Below are positions 10,338 to 27,486 of a DNA stretch of 64,000 nt, piece by piece. The notes beneath the pieces are model-generated. The model did not search any database and had not been told where the DNA came from. It worked only from the letters and a program-made list of their open reading frames with translations. Source of the stretch: the human T2T-CHM13v2.0 reference genome, Homo sapiens. The stretch is taken from NCBI RefSeq assembly GCF_009914755.1, contig NC_060939.1; one strand, 5' to 3'. How positions within the stretch are numbered: position 1 is the stretch's first letter; every line of letters starts with the position of its first letter. The position numbers were made by a program, and so were the translations under genes.

Positions 10338-10619
10338 GATGGAATTTTGCTCTCTTGTTGCCCAGGCTGGAGTACAATGGTGCAATCTTGGCTCTCCACA
10401 TCCTCCCCATCCCGGGTTAAAGTGATTCTCCTGCCTCAGCCTCCTGAGTAGCTGGGGTTACAGGCATAGGCCACCATGCCCGGCTAATTTTGTATTTTTG
10501 GTAGAGACAGGGTTTCTCCATGTTGGTCAGGCTGGTCTCGAACTCCCGACCTCAGGTGATCCTCCTACCTCGGCCTCCCAAAGTGTTAGGATTACAGGCG
10601 TGAGCCACTGCACCCAGCC
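10310..10619 (-). mobile_element. AluS (Sp-like)
   Basis: Long T tract then reverse-complement dimer; TSD tgc(t/c)tcattct. Confidence 0.9.
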
Positions 10620-11004
10620 ATGCCTCATTCTTTTAATCAACTATGTAAAATTCCGTTGCATCAGTGACTTGATATCTAATCGATAGCACTGATAAAAATT
10701 TAGGTTTCTTCTACTTACTTGACATTAAACAATTCTGCTTTGAATATTCTTAACCACATATTTCTGTAGGATAAATCCTTATAAATGGAATTGCTAGATC
10801 AAAGCAAATGCAAATTCTTAATTTTGATATGCTGCCAAACTACACATCGGAACTGAAAGTACCAGTTAAACTTAACAACTTGAGTGCCAGTTTCCCCATA
10901 CCTGCACCGGCACTATATATGACTAATCTGTTAGTCTTTGGAAGTCAAGTAACATTAAACCAAGAGTTAAGAATTTAAGTCCCTTTATGTTGTTTGTTTG
11001 TTTG

Positions 11005-11310
11005 TTTCATTATTATTATTATTATTTATTTTAGACCAAGTCTCGCTGTGTCACCCAGGAGTTTAGTGGCACGATCTCAGCTCAATGCAACCTCTACCTC
11101 CTGGGTTCGAGCAATTCTCCTGCCTCAACCTCTGAGTAGCTGGGACTATAGGCATACACCACCACGCCCAGCTAATTTTTGTACTTTTATAGTAGAGACG
11201 GGGTTTCACAATGTTGCCCAGGCTGGTCTCAAACTCTTCGCCTCAAGTGATCTGCCTGCTTCGGCCTCCCAGAGTGCTGGGATTACAGGTGTGAGTCACC
11301 GTGTCCAGCC
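11005..11310 (-). mobile_element. Alu
   Basis: Reverse-complement dimer, (ATT)n tail. Confidence 0.9.
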
Positions 11311-11617
11311 TATGTTACCACAGCCCTTACAGTGCTGCAAGGGAAAAAAACGGTTTCAGTGAGGTGCGTGTAAACTCTGTGTACACACATCACACCCTAG
11401 AAAGCCCACAGAAAAATACAGCCCAGGATAAATGTATAGACTAATTTCTAAACCCTCACAAGAAAGCGAAGGAAATGTAATTAATATAAAAATAATGTTT
11501 TATTAGTTATAAATCTAAAAAAAGGTACTCAATGAAGATAAAACTGAAAATATTCTCTGCTGATTATTAGACATCTATTAGAGATTACTGGACATCTATT
11601 AGAGATTATTAGAATAC

Positions 11618-12493
11618 TATAGTATGCAGAATTCTAAGATGGGCCCCGTGATCTTCATGCATCACCCGTTATACCCTATACAATCCCCTTACCTTGAGAG
11701 TAGGCAAGACCTGACTTCTTTTCGTTGTTGCTGTTGTTGTTGTTGTCGTCGAGATGAAGTGTCACTTTGTCACACAGGCTGGAGTGCAGTGGCACGATCT
11801 TAGCTTGCTGTAGCCTCCACCTCCTAGGTTCAAGTGATTCTCTTGCCTCAGCCTTCCTAGTAGCTGGGATTACAGGTGGTGGGATTAGCCACCACGCCTG
11901 GGTAATTTTTTTGTGTTTTTAGTTGAGATGGGGGCTCACCATGTTGGCCGGGCTAGTCTCGAACTCCTGACCTCAAGTGATCCGCCCACCTCGGCCTCCC
12001 AAAGTGCTGGGATGGGAGACCTGACCTGTTTCTAACCAAAAGAATATAGCACAAGCGATGGGATGTCACTCCTGTGTTATGTTCTATATAAGATACTATC
12101 TTAGCAGACTGGAGAAGCCCTTGCTGGCTTTAAAGAAGCAAGCTGCCATGTTGTAAGACAGTCTACAGATAAGCCAGGCAACAAGGAGCTTCAGGCAGTC
12201 CCTAGGTGAGAGCAGCTCCCAATTCAGAGCCAAAGGTCATCAAGGAAATAGACCTCAGTCCTACAGTTAAAGATGAATTCTGCCAGCCACGTTGAGGGAG
12301 CTTGGAAGTCAGTCTTTTTCCCCAGTTGGCCCTTTGATGAGACACACTGCAGCCCCAGCTGACACCTGGATTATAGCAATGTGAAACCCTAAGGAGAGGA
12401 CCCAGCTAAACTGTGTGCAGCTGTGAGATATGTGTTATTTTTCAGCCTTTATGCTGTGGTATTTTGTTATACAACAATAAAAAAGCTAACGCA
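11618..12493 (+). mobile_element. MaLR LTR (MLT1E-like) interrupted by an Alu (11719-12013, minus)
   Basis: Starts ...gcagaattctaagatgggcccc; ends ...ttgttatacaacaataaaaaagctaacgca. Confidence 0.75.
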
Positions 12494-12561
12494 AATATCT
12501 ATGGTAAAACTTTTTTATATTTTAATCAGTATCACTCAAAATGTTATCAATAAAGACTTTA

Positions 12562-13403
12562 GACCAGACACAGTCGCTCATGCCTGTAATCCCAGCACTT
12601 TGGGAGGCCAAAGCAGGAAGATTGCTTGAAGCCAGGAGTTCAAGACCAGCCTGGGCAACATGGCAAGACTCCTGTCTCTATAAAAACAGGCTGGGCGCAG
12701 TGGCTCACACCTGTAATGCTAGAAGTTTGGGAGGCCAAGGTGGGCGGATCACTTGAGTCCAGGAGTTTGAGACCAGCCTGGACAACACGGCAAGAACTTG
12801 TGTCTATAAAAATAGGTCAGGCATGGGCCAGGAGCGGTGGCTCACGCCTGTAATCTCCCAGCACTTTGGGAGGCTGAGGTGGGCGGATCACGAGGTCAGC
12901 AGATCGAGACCATCTTGGCTAACATGGCAAAACCCTGTCTCTACTAAAAATACAAAAAATTAGCCGGGCGTGATGGTGGGTGCCTGTAGTCCCAGCTACC
13001 TGGGAGGCTAGCAAGAGAATGGTGTGAGCCCAGGAGGCAGAGCTTGCAGTGAGCCAAGATCGTGCCACTGCACTCCAGCCTGGGTGACAGAGCGAGACTC
13101 CATCTCAAAAAAAAAAAAAAAAAAAAAAGTCCAGGCATGGTGGCCCACAGCAGTAATCCCAGCATTTTGGGAGGCCAAGAACAGCATGGGCAACATAGTG
13201 AAACCCTGTCTCTACAAAAAATACAAAAATTAGCCAGGTACGGCAGCGCGGCTGTAGTTCCAGCTACTTGGGAGGCTGAGGTGGGAGGATCACTTGAGGC
13301 TGGGAGGCAGAGGCTGCAGTGAGCCAACAAGATTGGGCCACAGCACTCCAGCCTCAGGGACAGAGCTAGACTTTGACTCCAAGTAAATAAATAAATAAAT
13401 AAT
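12562..13403 (+). mobile_element. Alu cluster: two left-arm monomers, a young Alu (12826-13128), and an internally deleted AluJ
   Basis: Successive Alu starts at ~12562, 12689, 12815/13129 and 12826. Confidence 0.9.
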
Positions 13404-13434
13404 TAAAAACAAATTTTAATACTTTTTTTCTTTT

Positions 13435-13617
13435 AAAAAAATTTTTTGGGAACATAGTAGGTACATATTTTTATGGGGTACATGAGATATTTTGATACAG
13501 GCATGCAATGTGAAATAAGCAAATCATGGAGAATGGGGTATCCATCCCCTTAGGCATTTATCCTTTGAGTTACAAACAACCCAATCTCACTCTTTGAGTT
13601 ATTTTAAAATGTACAAT
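13435..13617 (-). mobile_element. L1MA 3' end fragment
   Basis: tatggggtacatgagatattttgatacaggcatgcaatg...gaatggggtatccatcccc. Confidence 0.85.
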
Positions 13618-14150
13618 GTACTCCATGGAGCACTCAGTAGGTGTGAGTCACCCTATTTACCACATTATATGCACTTTTATTTTAATTTTCAGAAAAGCTT
13701 GATGAGTTAACTATTATTAACATGCCTAACTTTTATATGAGAAAAGTGAAGCTTAAAAAGTAGGTGGTTTGTCTAAGGTCACTCAACTCAAAATTAGTAG
13801 TGTCAGAACCAACTCTGAGATTTCATAGACAATTTTGTACTGGGAGAAATGGTGTAGTGACTTCAGAAAGGATAGAATTCAATTGATATTATAAAGAGGC
13901 ATAAAACATGTACATAGAGACATTTTACTATTTCATTTGAACATTGCATGTCAGAGGTAAATATCTGATCTTTGCTGTTGGTTACCCAGCAAATGACATC
14001 GATGGGACATGAGATTCTGGATACCACCCCACTTATTTAATCCTAAGGAAGCGAATAGGAAACAAAATACAGCAATGTCTTCTCAAAAACCCATTGTCAT
14101 GAGAGGCCAACACAGACTCAAGAGCTAGGTAGCAGTGTCATGGTGACTTC

Positions 14151-14220
14151 TGTTAGACCGCAAATTTTTGTAGGTCAAGAGAGGTTGGATATTGGCAATT
14201 TCATAGTTTCCCACTTAATA
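14151..14220. mobile_element. MADE2-like mariner-derived MITE remnant
   Basis: Reverse complement ...atgaaattgccaatatccaacctctcttgacctacaaaaat matches recalled MADE2. Confidence 0.6.
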
Positions 14221-14248
14221 CAACTAGATCTTCTTATTGAAAGGTAAC

Positions 14249-14507
14249 TGATATGGTTTGGATCTGTGTCCCCATCAAATCTCATGTTCAGTTATAATCC
14301 CCAATGTTGGAGGTGGGGGCTGGCAGGAGGTAATTGGATCATGGGGGCAGTTTCCCATGGTTTACCACCATCCCCTTTTGGTACCGCATAGTGAGTGAGT
14401 TCTCACGAGATCTGTTTATTTAAAAGTGTGTAGCATGCCCCCCACCTTCCTCTGGCTCTGGCCATGTAAAGGTATTTCTTTATAGCAGTGCAAGACAGAC
14501 TAATACA
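14249..14507 (+). mobile_element. MST (MSTA-like) MaLR solo LTR, internally deleted
   Basis: TGATATGGTTTGGATCTGTGTCCCC...TTTATAGCAGTGCAAGACAGACTAATACA. Confidence 0.85.
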
Positions 14508-14895
14508 GCAGCCTCAGCAAAGTGTGCAGAATGAAGGGGAAATGGAAAAAGAAACCAAGCTAGAACTTTTGTGGTGACACAGGCAAGGAAGAATGACTGT
14601 TTTCATAAAAGCAGCATTTACAAGTAGTGGTTGAGTAGGTTCCCGAATCATTTCCAAACTAAAACGTCAGATTACCAAGTGGACACGAGAGGCGAGAACG
14701 TGAGAATCACCAGGAAGAAGCTGGGGTTTGCAGTAAAAGACACTGAGAGCATTCCATGAGGTTTGACTTCTTCCAATGTCAAGAATTTTGAAAAAAGAAG
14801 GGTTTCTTTACATTTCTATAGACTTTATTCTATATGCCAGAATTGGGTCCACGCTAATTCAAAAAAATGCATTTCTGTTTTAAAAACAAATGCTC

Positions 14896-15190
14896 GGCCG
14901 GGTGCAGTGGCTCACGCCTGCAATCCTAGCACTTTGGGGGGCCGAGGCGGGCGGATTATGAGGTTAGGAGATGGAGACCATCCTGGCCAACATGGTGAAA
15001 CCCCATCTCTACTAAAAATATAAAAATTAGCTGGGTGTGGTGGCCCGTGCCTGTAACCCCAGCTACTCAGGAGGCTGAGGCAGGAGAATCGCTTGAACGA
15101 GGGAGTCAGAGGTTGCAGTGAGCCGAGATTGCACCACTGCACTCCAGCTTGGCGACAGAGAGAGACTCCGTCTCAAAAAAACAAAAAAAG
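14896..15190 (+). mobile_element. AluS (Sc-like)
   Basis: Dimer; TSD aaaa(a/c)caatgctc-like. Confidence 0.9.
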
Positions 15191-15573
15191 AAAACCAATG
15201 CTCAAAAACCAAGTGACAAAACCTAGACTGCCCATGTTGCAAAATGGAACTTAGCACGTCTGGTGAGGAAGGTGGTGAGATGAGAACTGCCCGCCATGCA
15301 CACTAACTGTCCCCCATCCCATCAGTGTGGGGTGCAGTTCCACTGCTCTGCAGACACTGAGCTAGCACTTACCAGGAGGCAGGCTCAGGGCTGGGTGTGC
15401 AGCTGAAGAACACACTGCCGCCCCCTACCCCGGCCCTCCTAGGAGAGGAGGCGGTCAGTTCAATGGGAATCTACAGTAAGAACCACGGAGGTTGTAACAG
15501 GGAAGTAAAGGCCAAGGCTGCAGGAGAAGAGTAAAGGGCTCTTATCTTATCTAGTGTGTTTTGATGTCCCTAT

Positions 15574-15842
15574 ACACACACACACACACACACACGTGCA
15601 CACAGAGGCACATACACACATGTACACCCACATACATATGCACACACACCCATACCCAGCAACGCATATGCAAATGCAGATATGCACACATGTACACACT
15701 CACATCCACACCCACTCACATCCACACACATGCACACATGCACACAATTCATATCTGCACACACACAAATGCATGTGCACGTGTGTATGCACACACAATC
15801 ACTGCCACATACACGTACCAACCCTGTGCATACCTAGGCACA
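15574..15842 (+). repeat. Degenerate (CA)n/(CATG)n simple repeat
   Basis: Alternating purine-pyrimidine tract. Confidence 0.9.
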
Positions 15843-15900
15843 CAGGACCACCCCCAAGCTCACTCCTTCTCACTGGGAACCTTCTTACTACTATTGAGAC

Positions 15901-16385
15901 TCTGAGAGTTAATACTGAGTGTCAACTTGATTGGATTGAAGGATGGAAAGTATTGATCGTGGATCGTGGGTGTGTTTGTGAGGGTGTTGCCAAAGGAGAT
16001 TAACATCTGAGTCAGTGGGCTGGGAAGGCAGATCCACCCTTAATCTGGACGGCCACAATCTAATCAGCTGCCAGTGAATATAAAGCAGGCAGAAAAACAT
16101 GAAAAGGTTAGATGGGCCTAGCCTCCCAGCCTACATCTTTCTCCCATGCTGGATGCCTCCTGCCCTCAAACATCGGACTCCAAGTTTTTCAGTTTTGGAA
16201 CTTGGACTGGCTCCCCTTGCTCCTCAGCCTAGACAGCCTATTCCGCGACCTTGTGATCATGTGAGTTAATACTTAAGAAACTCCCCTATATATATGTGTG
16301 TATACATATATACATACGTATATATATGTGTGTGTGTGTATATATTCCATTAATTCTGTCCCTCTAGAGAACCCTGACTAATACA
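15901..16385 (+). mobile_element. MLT2A (HERV-L) solo LTR
   Basis: GTTAATACTGAGTGTCAACTTGATTGGATTGAAGGATG...CCTCTAGAGAACCCTGACTAATACA; internal (TA/TG)n. Confidence 0.9.
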
Positions 16386-17025
16386 AACTCAAAGAATGTT
16401 TTTTCCTGTCAGCCTTCCTTGGCCCCCCTGACATAAACAATTGTAGCTAAACTTCTCCATCCTTGCTGCATGCCTGGGATGTTTACAACTTTGCTACCTG
16501 TTTCCTCTTTTATCCTGATGATTTTATTAACAGTTATGAATAGCATTTCACATGAATGGCAGCTTCCGGCGAAGGGTCTGCAACTCTGAGGCTATGAGTC
16601 CTGTAAATGAGTGAATTTCTTACTTTATCACTGACATAATTTTATACTGTGCTTTTCAAATGCATTTAGGTCAAAAAGCTTTTATTGGTACCTAAAGCTG
16701 AGATTCAGCAAACTCTGATATTCCATTGTCTGTTGATAGTGAACAAAAAACAAGAAAAGAAGAATGTAAATGTCTGCTCTGGGTTTCTTCTCTGACAGGC
16801 ACTGTTGCTGAGGAACGCTCTAGTGATCCATCACTTAACAGGACTCCACTAGTCTCAGGCCAAGGTTAACACGTTGCTTCTCTTCCCTTTTTAAACATCT
16901 CCTGCATCTGCTATTTGCTTTCCATTACCTGGCCTCCCAGGTTTTGCCCAAGGACACTGAAGTTTCTCTTGGTGGTGGAACGACAAGACACGGGCCAATG
17001 GGTATTCTGGCAACATCCCCTATAG

Positions 17026-17475
<450 letters not shown>

Positions 17476-18743
17476 CAGAAAACAGTTTGCTGGAACATCA
17501 AGCCAAAGGAAAGGTGTAATTTATTGTGGGGATTGCGTATTACATAATTAGTTTTCAGGAGTTCCTTCGGTAATTACAATCTGTAACATTTGTAATTGAT
17601 TTGGTCAGATTAAAAATGGATGTGTTGGTACATCTGTGAAACTAGCAAGAGGGTAAGGAGGAGTGGGAGGGGGAGATGTCTCACCGAAGGAGACCAAGAG
17701 CAACATGGACTCAGGCCAAGCCCCAGATGACACCCTTTCTGAAGCCAAAATTACAGCAGGCCTCTAAGATGCACACCCAGCAGATAAGTTCTTTCCCAAA
17801 AAAGACCATGTCGGGAGGCCCAACATCTCCTGAGCGGCTCTTTATAACCATCAGAAGAGCTGCTGCCACAGGGGCTTGTGAAGTCAGACACTTACCTTAG
17901 CCCTGCGTCGACCCGGGTCTGTCAACTAGATTGGCATAAATGAAAATCAGTCACTTTGCAAAACAGGAGGAAGGAATCCTTCTCTTGGAAGAGATGAGGG
18001 CCAAAGAGAGGATGAATGGGGCAAGAGTGTAGAAAGGAAGCTGCCACCTGCCAGACATCCTCTTGGGTGGAACACCTCTGACCCGAGCCCTATGAAAAGA
18101 CTTCTGCCTTCTGGGACCTTCACCAAAAGGCTTTCGCCCCCTCTCGGTCTGACTCATGCTCCTGCCAGGGCTCCTTTGTTCTCCTGTCACAGCCAGGTGT
18201 GCTGTGAACTGGAACAGCAGCTCTCTCTTCAGGCGGGGACCAGCTGCTGAAGGTTCTTGGACTCGGAGAATCCCATCCCAGTGGCTGTTCCTCCAACACT
18301 GAGAGCTCCAAACAGAGAGGAGGAGCTGCTCCTGAAACACAGCTGCTGTGGAGGTTATGGGAGGAAGACCAGGCATTCAGGAAAAGGAGTAAAATATCCC
18401 AGTTGAGCAGGCTGATTAGCTAACATTGAACGAGCACCTACTGCCTATAAAGCATTGCGGGAAAACTACAAACTCTCAGAAACAGAGCCTTAAGGAAGTC
18501 CAGTAGAGGACAGATCTGGGTGCAGTTGATTACATTACAATGTGGTGGGCAAGTGCTTTACGAGAAAAACGGTAAGGGATTGAAGATATAGAAGAGAGAA
18601 ACAAAAAAGGAGCAGAGAAAGAAAAGCGAAGGAGAAAGGAGGAAAATAGAAGTACCGAGGAGCACCTGCACTGGGCCGTGAACAAGAAGCCTGATGGATA
18701 GGAGGGATGGCCTTGTGGAGAAAAGAGTATTTTTCTCCAGAAC

Positions 18744-19300
<557 letters not shown>

Positions 19301-20783
19301 AGCTCAGGAACAAAGCCCTACTCAGGCTGGTCAGCCACAGTCTAATCTCCCTCTGACCCGGAACCCATGGAAGCAACCATTCCCAAGAGGAACTTGTTCC
19401 CACAGGAGAGGGAGTTCCTGAGGAGTCAGTTTTCTTTTATCAGACGCATCTGGTCTGAACATCTTGAGGAGTCTGCAGCAGCATCACCTCCAGTCCCCTG
19501 GCTCCCAATTCTGAGTGCACTCCATTGGTGCGTCTTTCCCTCCACCCAGCCTCTGGTTTCTAAGGCCCTCTCTATTCATGGGTCTGGAGTCCTGCCCTGA
19601 AGCACGGACCAAGTTACTGGGTTGTGATCTTCCCACTCAACCCCCACCTTCTCTTGTGGTTGAGACTCTCGTTGTTCTCTTCTGCTTGGAGGGGCCTCCT
19701 GGGCTAGGGCCTCAGAGTCCCTGGTATCCAAGATGGCAGCTGCCTAGAAACTGAATTTATATGCTCCACCCTTCAATATTTTGAGCATGAATATTGGCCT
19801 GGATCAAACTGGAGGTGGCTACACTGTCTTATTCTTAGTGACAAAAGGACCCCAGCATTTATGATAAATGAAATTCTGCTACCTGCCTGACAAAGCTGTT
19901 TGGATGTTTGTGAGTCAAGGGATCACTTTGTTTCCTTCTTTACCAAGTACCTGCTAGTCCATATGGATTACCTGATGCTTGAGGATTCAGCAATGGGGAG
20001 GAAGTCGGGTCTCACACTGAGGTGAGGTGATATCTCAGCCTTAGTCCCCTAGTCTAGCTTTCATTGATCTCTACCCCATTCTTAATGGTAACCCCCTTAG
20101 GGGCCCCTTTGTAATCTTTAGCTTTAATCCAGCCTTTGAACATGGAGGCCAGAAAGTTGGAGGAAAGCCAGGGCTTCAATATCCTACACGAGCATTAATT
20201 TCTTTCTTATGGAAAACAATCTATATGTCAGTGCTGTGCTAACATTGCATCTTTAATATTATGGCTATAGCTTTAGGCCAGTAAGCATTAATAAAACAGA
20301 CCTACTTGAACAGATGCAAGTCAGACACTAAAGAGATAGTTATGAGGCTCACACTGATCCCAACCGCTCACTCTTCTGTTCCTCTTCTATGGAATCTTCT
20401 GTTAAAAAGTTTTTTTAAAAACTCCAATTATACTGCAGCAAGGAATATGCTGTGTGTCTAAGGGAAACTGGCACATTTGTCAACCACATTCTGGATAGTG
20501 AGATGTGATTTGGCTCTGGGCTTGTCCCGGGTAGCAGACACATTTGTAAGACCTAGATCTTATTTATGGCGACTTATTTATGGTTATTGACAGCGGCATG
20601 CTGGAATAATTTATTTCTCCCTCATAAGAACTTGGTCAATTTTTTCCTGCTCTTAAGATACCATCTTGCCAAAAAAAAAAAAAAAGAAACCCCTGGGAGT
20701 CATTCATACATGTAGTTGTTTGCACTATTTGGTTGTCCAGGGTTGCTGATTGGGAAATAAATCCTCATCAGTGATACAGATGG

Positions 20784-21197
<414 letters not shown>

Positions 21198-21564
21198 TCA
21201 ACCTTCTCTCTAAGTAGACTCCAAATGACCTCTTTCTTGCCATTTTCACTGCTGAAGTTGGAAAGTGACTTTGAGGACATCAAATATTACATTTTTCCAG
21301 AATCATTGATTGGAGTCATGCGTATACCCGTGGTAGAAAGGATCGGCTGACCATCAAAGATAAGTGATCCTTTCCACCGTGCACAGTCGTTGTGCGAAGG
21401 GGCTGCCCAGCCCCAGTTCTAGGCAGGACTAGTTCTCACCAAGGAAATGATGCTGTGCTGTTGTCTCCTCTAGGTCAAAGTGACTAAGAAACATGTGTGT
21501 CTTCCACACAATCGCTCTCCCTGACCCATCCACTGAATGAAAAGAACTCTGGGGACCGAGCAGA

Positions 21565-21729
21565 GGGCAGAGCCACAGGATAGAAGGCTCCTGGGCTCTG
21601 AGTAGCCATACTGAACACTTCCCAACCAGTATGGACCAGGAAACTAACAGAGAAATATGTTTGTTCGTGTTAATCCACTGAGAAGTGGTGTTAATCTGCT
21701 ACAGCAGCTAACATCACCCAATTAATACA
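21565..21729 (+). mobile_element. Old MLT1 LTR 3' fragment
   Basis: gagaaatatgtttgttcgtgttaatccactgaga...acagcagctaacatcacccaattaataca. Confidence 0.6.
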
Positions 21730-21875
21730 GAAAACATATGCAGCTAAAATAGACTTGAATATATATTTGGAAAAATTTGAATTCTTCCCTTCCATAAAGG
21801 AGTATACATATTTGCAATTCCCACATTCATAGATGCAGGATCCAAGGACCAAGTGTCTTGAAAAGCCAGCAGCTT

Positions 21876-22244
<369 letters not shown>

Positions 22245-22574
22245 TTAGCCACGAAGGCAGTAAAGTCACTCGCCCAGTGCTCAGTACTAGTTGGTATCCA
22301 TTAAATGTCAATTTCCCTCATCTCCTCAGTTTTTAATCTCTCTAACTGAATAGAGGGATGCTGCTCAGACACTCTATATTGTGGAGGCATAATCAAATAT
22401 AAAGAATATAGCCACTAACCGCTCGATCAAAAGTAAAAACAGAAGAAAGAAGCCTACATGAAAGGAAGGCATAGAAATCTTTCTTGGCCACAAGGAGACA
22501 GAAACACCATCTGCTCTTGCCTGATTCTGCTGTTGTCCTTAGTGTGTGGTTACTGTTAGACTTTGATAGGGATG

Positions 22575-22848
22575 TTTTGTTTTGTTTGAGATAGGGTCTT
22601 GCTTTGTCACTCAGACTGGAGTGCACTGGCACAATCTTGGCTCACTGCAGCTTGGACCTCCCAGGCTTCAAGTGATCCTCCTGCCTCAGCCTCCCAAGTA
22701 GCTGGGATTACAGGCATGCACTACCATGCCCAGCTGATTTTTTAAATTTTTGTAGAGATGGGGTCCTACTATGTTGCCCAGGCTGGTCTCAAACTCCTGG
22801 GCCTCCCAAAGTGCTGAGATTACAGGCATGAGCCACTGCACCTGGCCC
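22575..22848 (-). mobile_element. AluJ (internal deletion)
   Basis: Reverse-complement dimer. Confidence 0.85.
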
Positions 22849-22963
22849 TTGAAATTGTTTTGATCTCTTTAGAAATCATTTTAAGGAAGCAAAGGCCGGC
22901 TCACAATATAGTTTTATATTACCTTATGAATTTTATTTTGTGCTCATTTAAACAATAATTTTG

Positions 22964-23123
<160 letters not shown>

Positions 23124-24329
23124 TTATATAATGCTAGAAGCAAATAATTTTGATTTTTCAGTTTTTCCAAAAGCAATCGTGATAAAGGCACCACATTATC
23201 CCCCTACTTTTTTCTTTCAGTTGAAGCCTCTATTTCCAACCAACTTGCTGGCAGAATAGGGTGGTTTTTAAAATCTTTATCATTTTTTACTATGTGTAAA
23301 ACTAATTCACACTCTTTATAACTGTACATTAAATTCAGACAATAGAGAAGTACAAAAGAAAAAACAGGGAAATAGGATCATGTTATACACCTAGTTTGCC
23401 AATTTGTTTTCCCGATTAAACCATTTATCTTGGATATCTCTTCATGCCCCTCCTTCTCATGGCAAACGCCCTCAATACATTTAAAGTCCTGAGATTTGGC
23501 TTAAAAGGCGAAAGTGAACAAGTGATGTTAATTCCAACATTCCCTCAGCACTGACAGCTTTCTAATTCCAGCCCAGGTCTCATGAGTGTGGGCAGAAACA
23601 TCCAGGTCCAAGGAACTCATCTGGGCAGAGAAGTGCCCAGAGAGGTGTGAGCTTTCCAAGCTTTATTCAGAGCTGGTTCCCTACAAGGGCGTCTTTGTGG
23701 CAGGAACCTGCAAGTGAATACTGCCAGGGAGAAGAATGCTCATTACTTGAGTCTGGTGGTAGCTGCATGGAGAGAAATCACTTGTCATGGAGGTTCTGGA
23801 TGTGTCAACTCAAAGTTCATAGTAATTAAACAGGGGAGCAGGACTGAGCCTCAGACACAGGCAGGGCACACCAGGGTGAGGATCCCTCCTGCACACATGA
23901 TAGTCATCACAAGCCGTACTTAAATAAAAGTTGTCTCTCCACGAGGCTGTGATGGGCTATAGCAGCTGCTGCCAGATCTCTATATTCCACGGAGGTGCCT
24001 ATCTGGTTCTCTAAGATCTCTGGGCATTGGACCAGGAGGTTGGCACCCAGTGGCAAGATTGTTTGTTTCAACAGCGCCACTGTGTGTTAGGATAAGCAAA
24101 AACAGCCAAAAATCCTAGACACCCTTGTTTTCCGGTTTTCTCTGCTGGAAGAGACAGCATCCAAGAATCAAGGAATATCCCGGAGGGAGGAGAGATCTTG
24201 GAGTTATCACAGAAGAAAGGATATCGGGGGGAAAGTACATTATCACTGTAAATTGTATGGGATAATAAAGTGAGCTAAGTTAAATATGAAGATAAATATG
24301 TGTCCCAAGGTGATGAATAATAATAGTAA

Positions 24330-24560
24330 GAATAAAAGCAGCTACCTTTTGTGATGTTCTATGACTCAAGCATATGATATGCTTGGCTCATTCACTCTTC
24401 ACAGCAGAACCTATTCAGCATTTATTTATTTTCCTTATTTGAGGGAACTGAAGATCAGAAACATTAAGGAACTTGCCCAAGTTCCACTTGCCAAGCCATG
24501 GTAAAGCAGCTGCTCAAATGTAAAACTGTCTACTCCCAAATCCAGGTTCTTTTCATGATT
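24330..24560. mobile_element. MIR
   Basis: gagggaactgaagatcagaaacattaaggaacttgcccaagttccac. Confidence 0.6.
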
Positions 24561-25417
24561 CCAGCGAATATGGGAGAAATAAAGGAACCAATGTCCACAG
24601 AAGGGAAAAGTCCCTCATTACACTCTCTGAACCATGGAGGTGTGGATGGGTCAGGAAAGATCTGAGCTTCCTCAAACCCAAGGATAGCATTCCTACCAAT
24701 TGATAATTTCAGTTCCAACATCACCATCTCCAGCCTAAACCTTACAAAATATCTACTCATTTTCATCTCCAAATTTTTTAATTTTATCTGGTAAAAAATT
24801 TATGGCAAAGTGTATCAACCGAGAATATCCTTCTTGTTAAATGCCACACTGACTTCCTGGGCACAATGCCCAACTTGGTTTAATTGATCTTTACTAATTA
24901 AGACAGAGCTTTGTAAAGGACAGTTGTTACATTTAATTGATGTGTGCTATCTGCTACTAGCACAAATGTTTGTGACAGCAGAAAGAGTTGTCAGAGAGGA
25001 AACATCCCAGGGTTATATTACCACTGCTAAAACTCAATTGATGAGACTTCAATGCAAAGAAGTCTCATCCTGCCATTCAGTCTTCCTACTGCTTACATTT
25101 CGGTCCCAGGAGATTTGATGGGACTGAGGGTGTATTAATCTGGGATCATTTGATTGCAAGAAAGAGAAACACATTAAACTAGCTCATGGGAAATTGTAGG
25201 TTTGCTGTAAAAGAGTATCTTGTCAGTTTTCCTCCATAGAAACCTGATGGACTTAGAAAGCCCCAAGTGTTTGAAAGTTCTATTACAAACAAAATGTTAG
25301 TGAAATCAAACATCTCTGTGTAAAAGCTAAGCTGTAGCTGATGGAAAGCAGTTGTTGGAAAGTGGTGAGTGGAGTGGAAGGAAGAAGAGTGAAAATAAAC
25401 TTATGATACCAAATGGG

Positions 25418-25721
<304 letters not shown>

Positions 25722-25847
25722 TGGGGAGAGAAGTGATACCATTAATAATTAATGAAATGAGAAAGGTTAAACTGATAACAATTGAGGAACAAAAATGGTG
25801 ATATAACTGGAGAAGGAGGAGGGGGACTGGGAAGGTAGATCAAGGTA

Positions 25848-26600
<753 letters not shown>

Positions 26601-26810
26601 GCGTGGACGGGGTGAAGGCTTGAAATCAATGGGGGCAGGCAAGGTGGCTGGTGGTACAGGTGAACTAAATTCTCATCAACCAAAGCAGAAGCCAATAGAT
26701 TGTCTCCTACAGGGTTGGTGGCATAGTGGTTCAAGTTTACTACTTAGAGAAGCTGATTACCACTCAGAGGACTGAAAATTGAAACAGACATGTTTCTTTC
26801 TGAAGTGTAG

Positions 26811-27486
<676 letters not shown>

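Noticed and set aside
15554-16003. His/Thr-rich ORFs
   Set aside because: Translation of a (CA)n-type repeat.
17951-18376. 141-aa minus-strand ORF in unique sequence
   Set aside because: No recognisable domain, splice context or supporting neighbouring exons.
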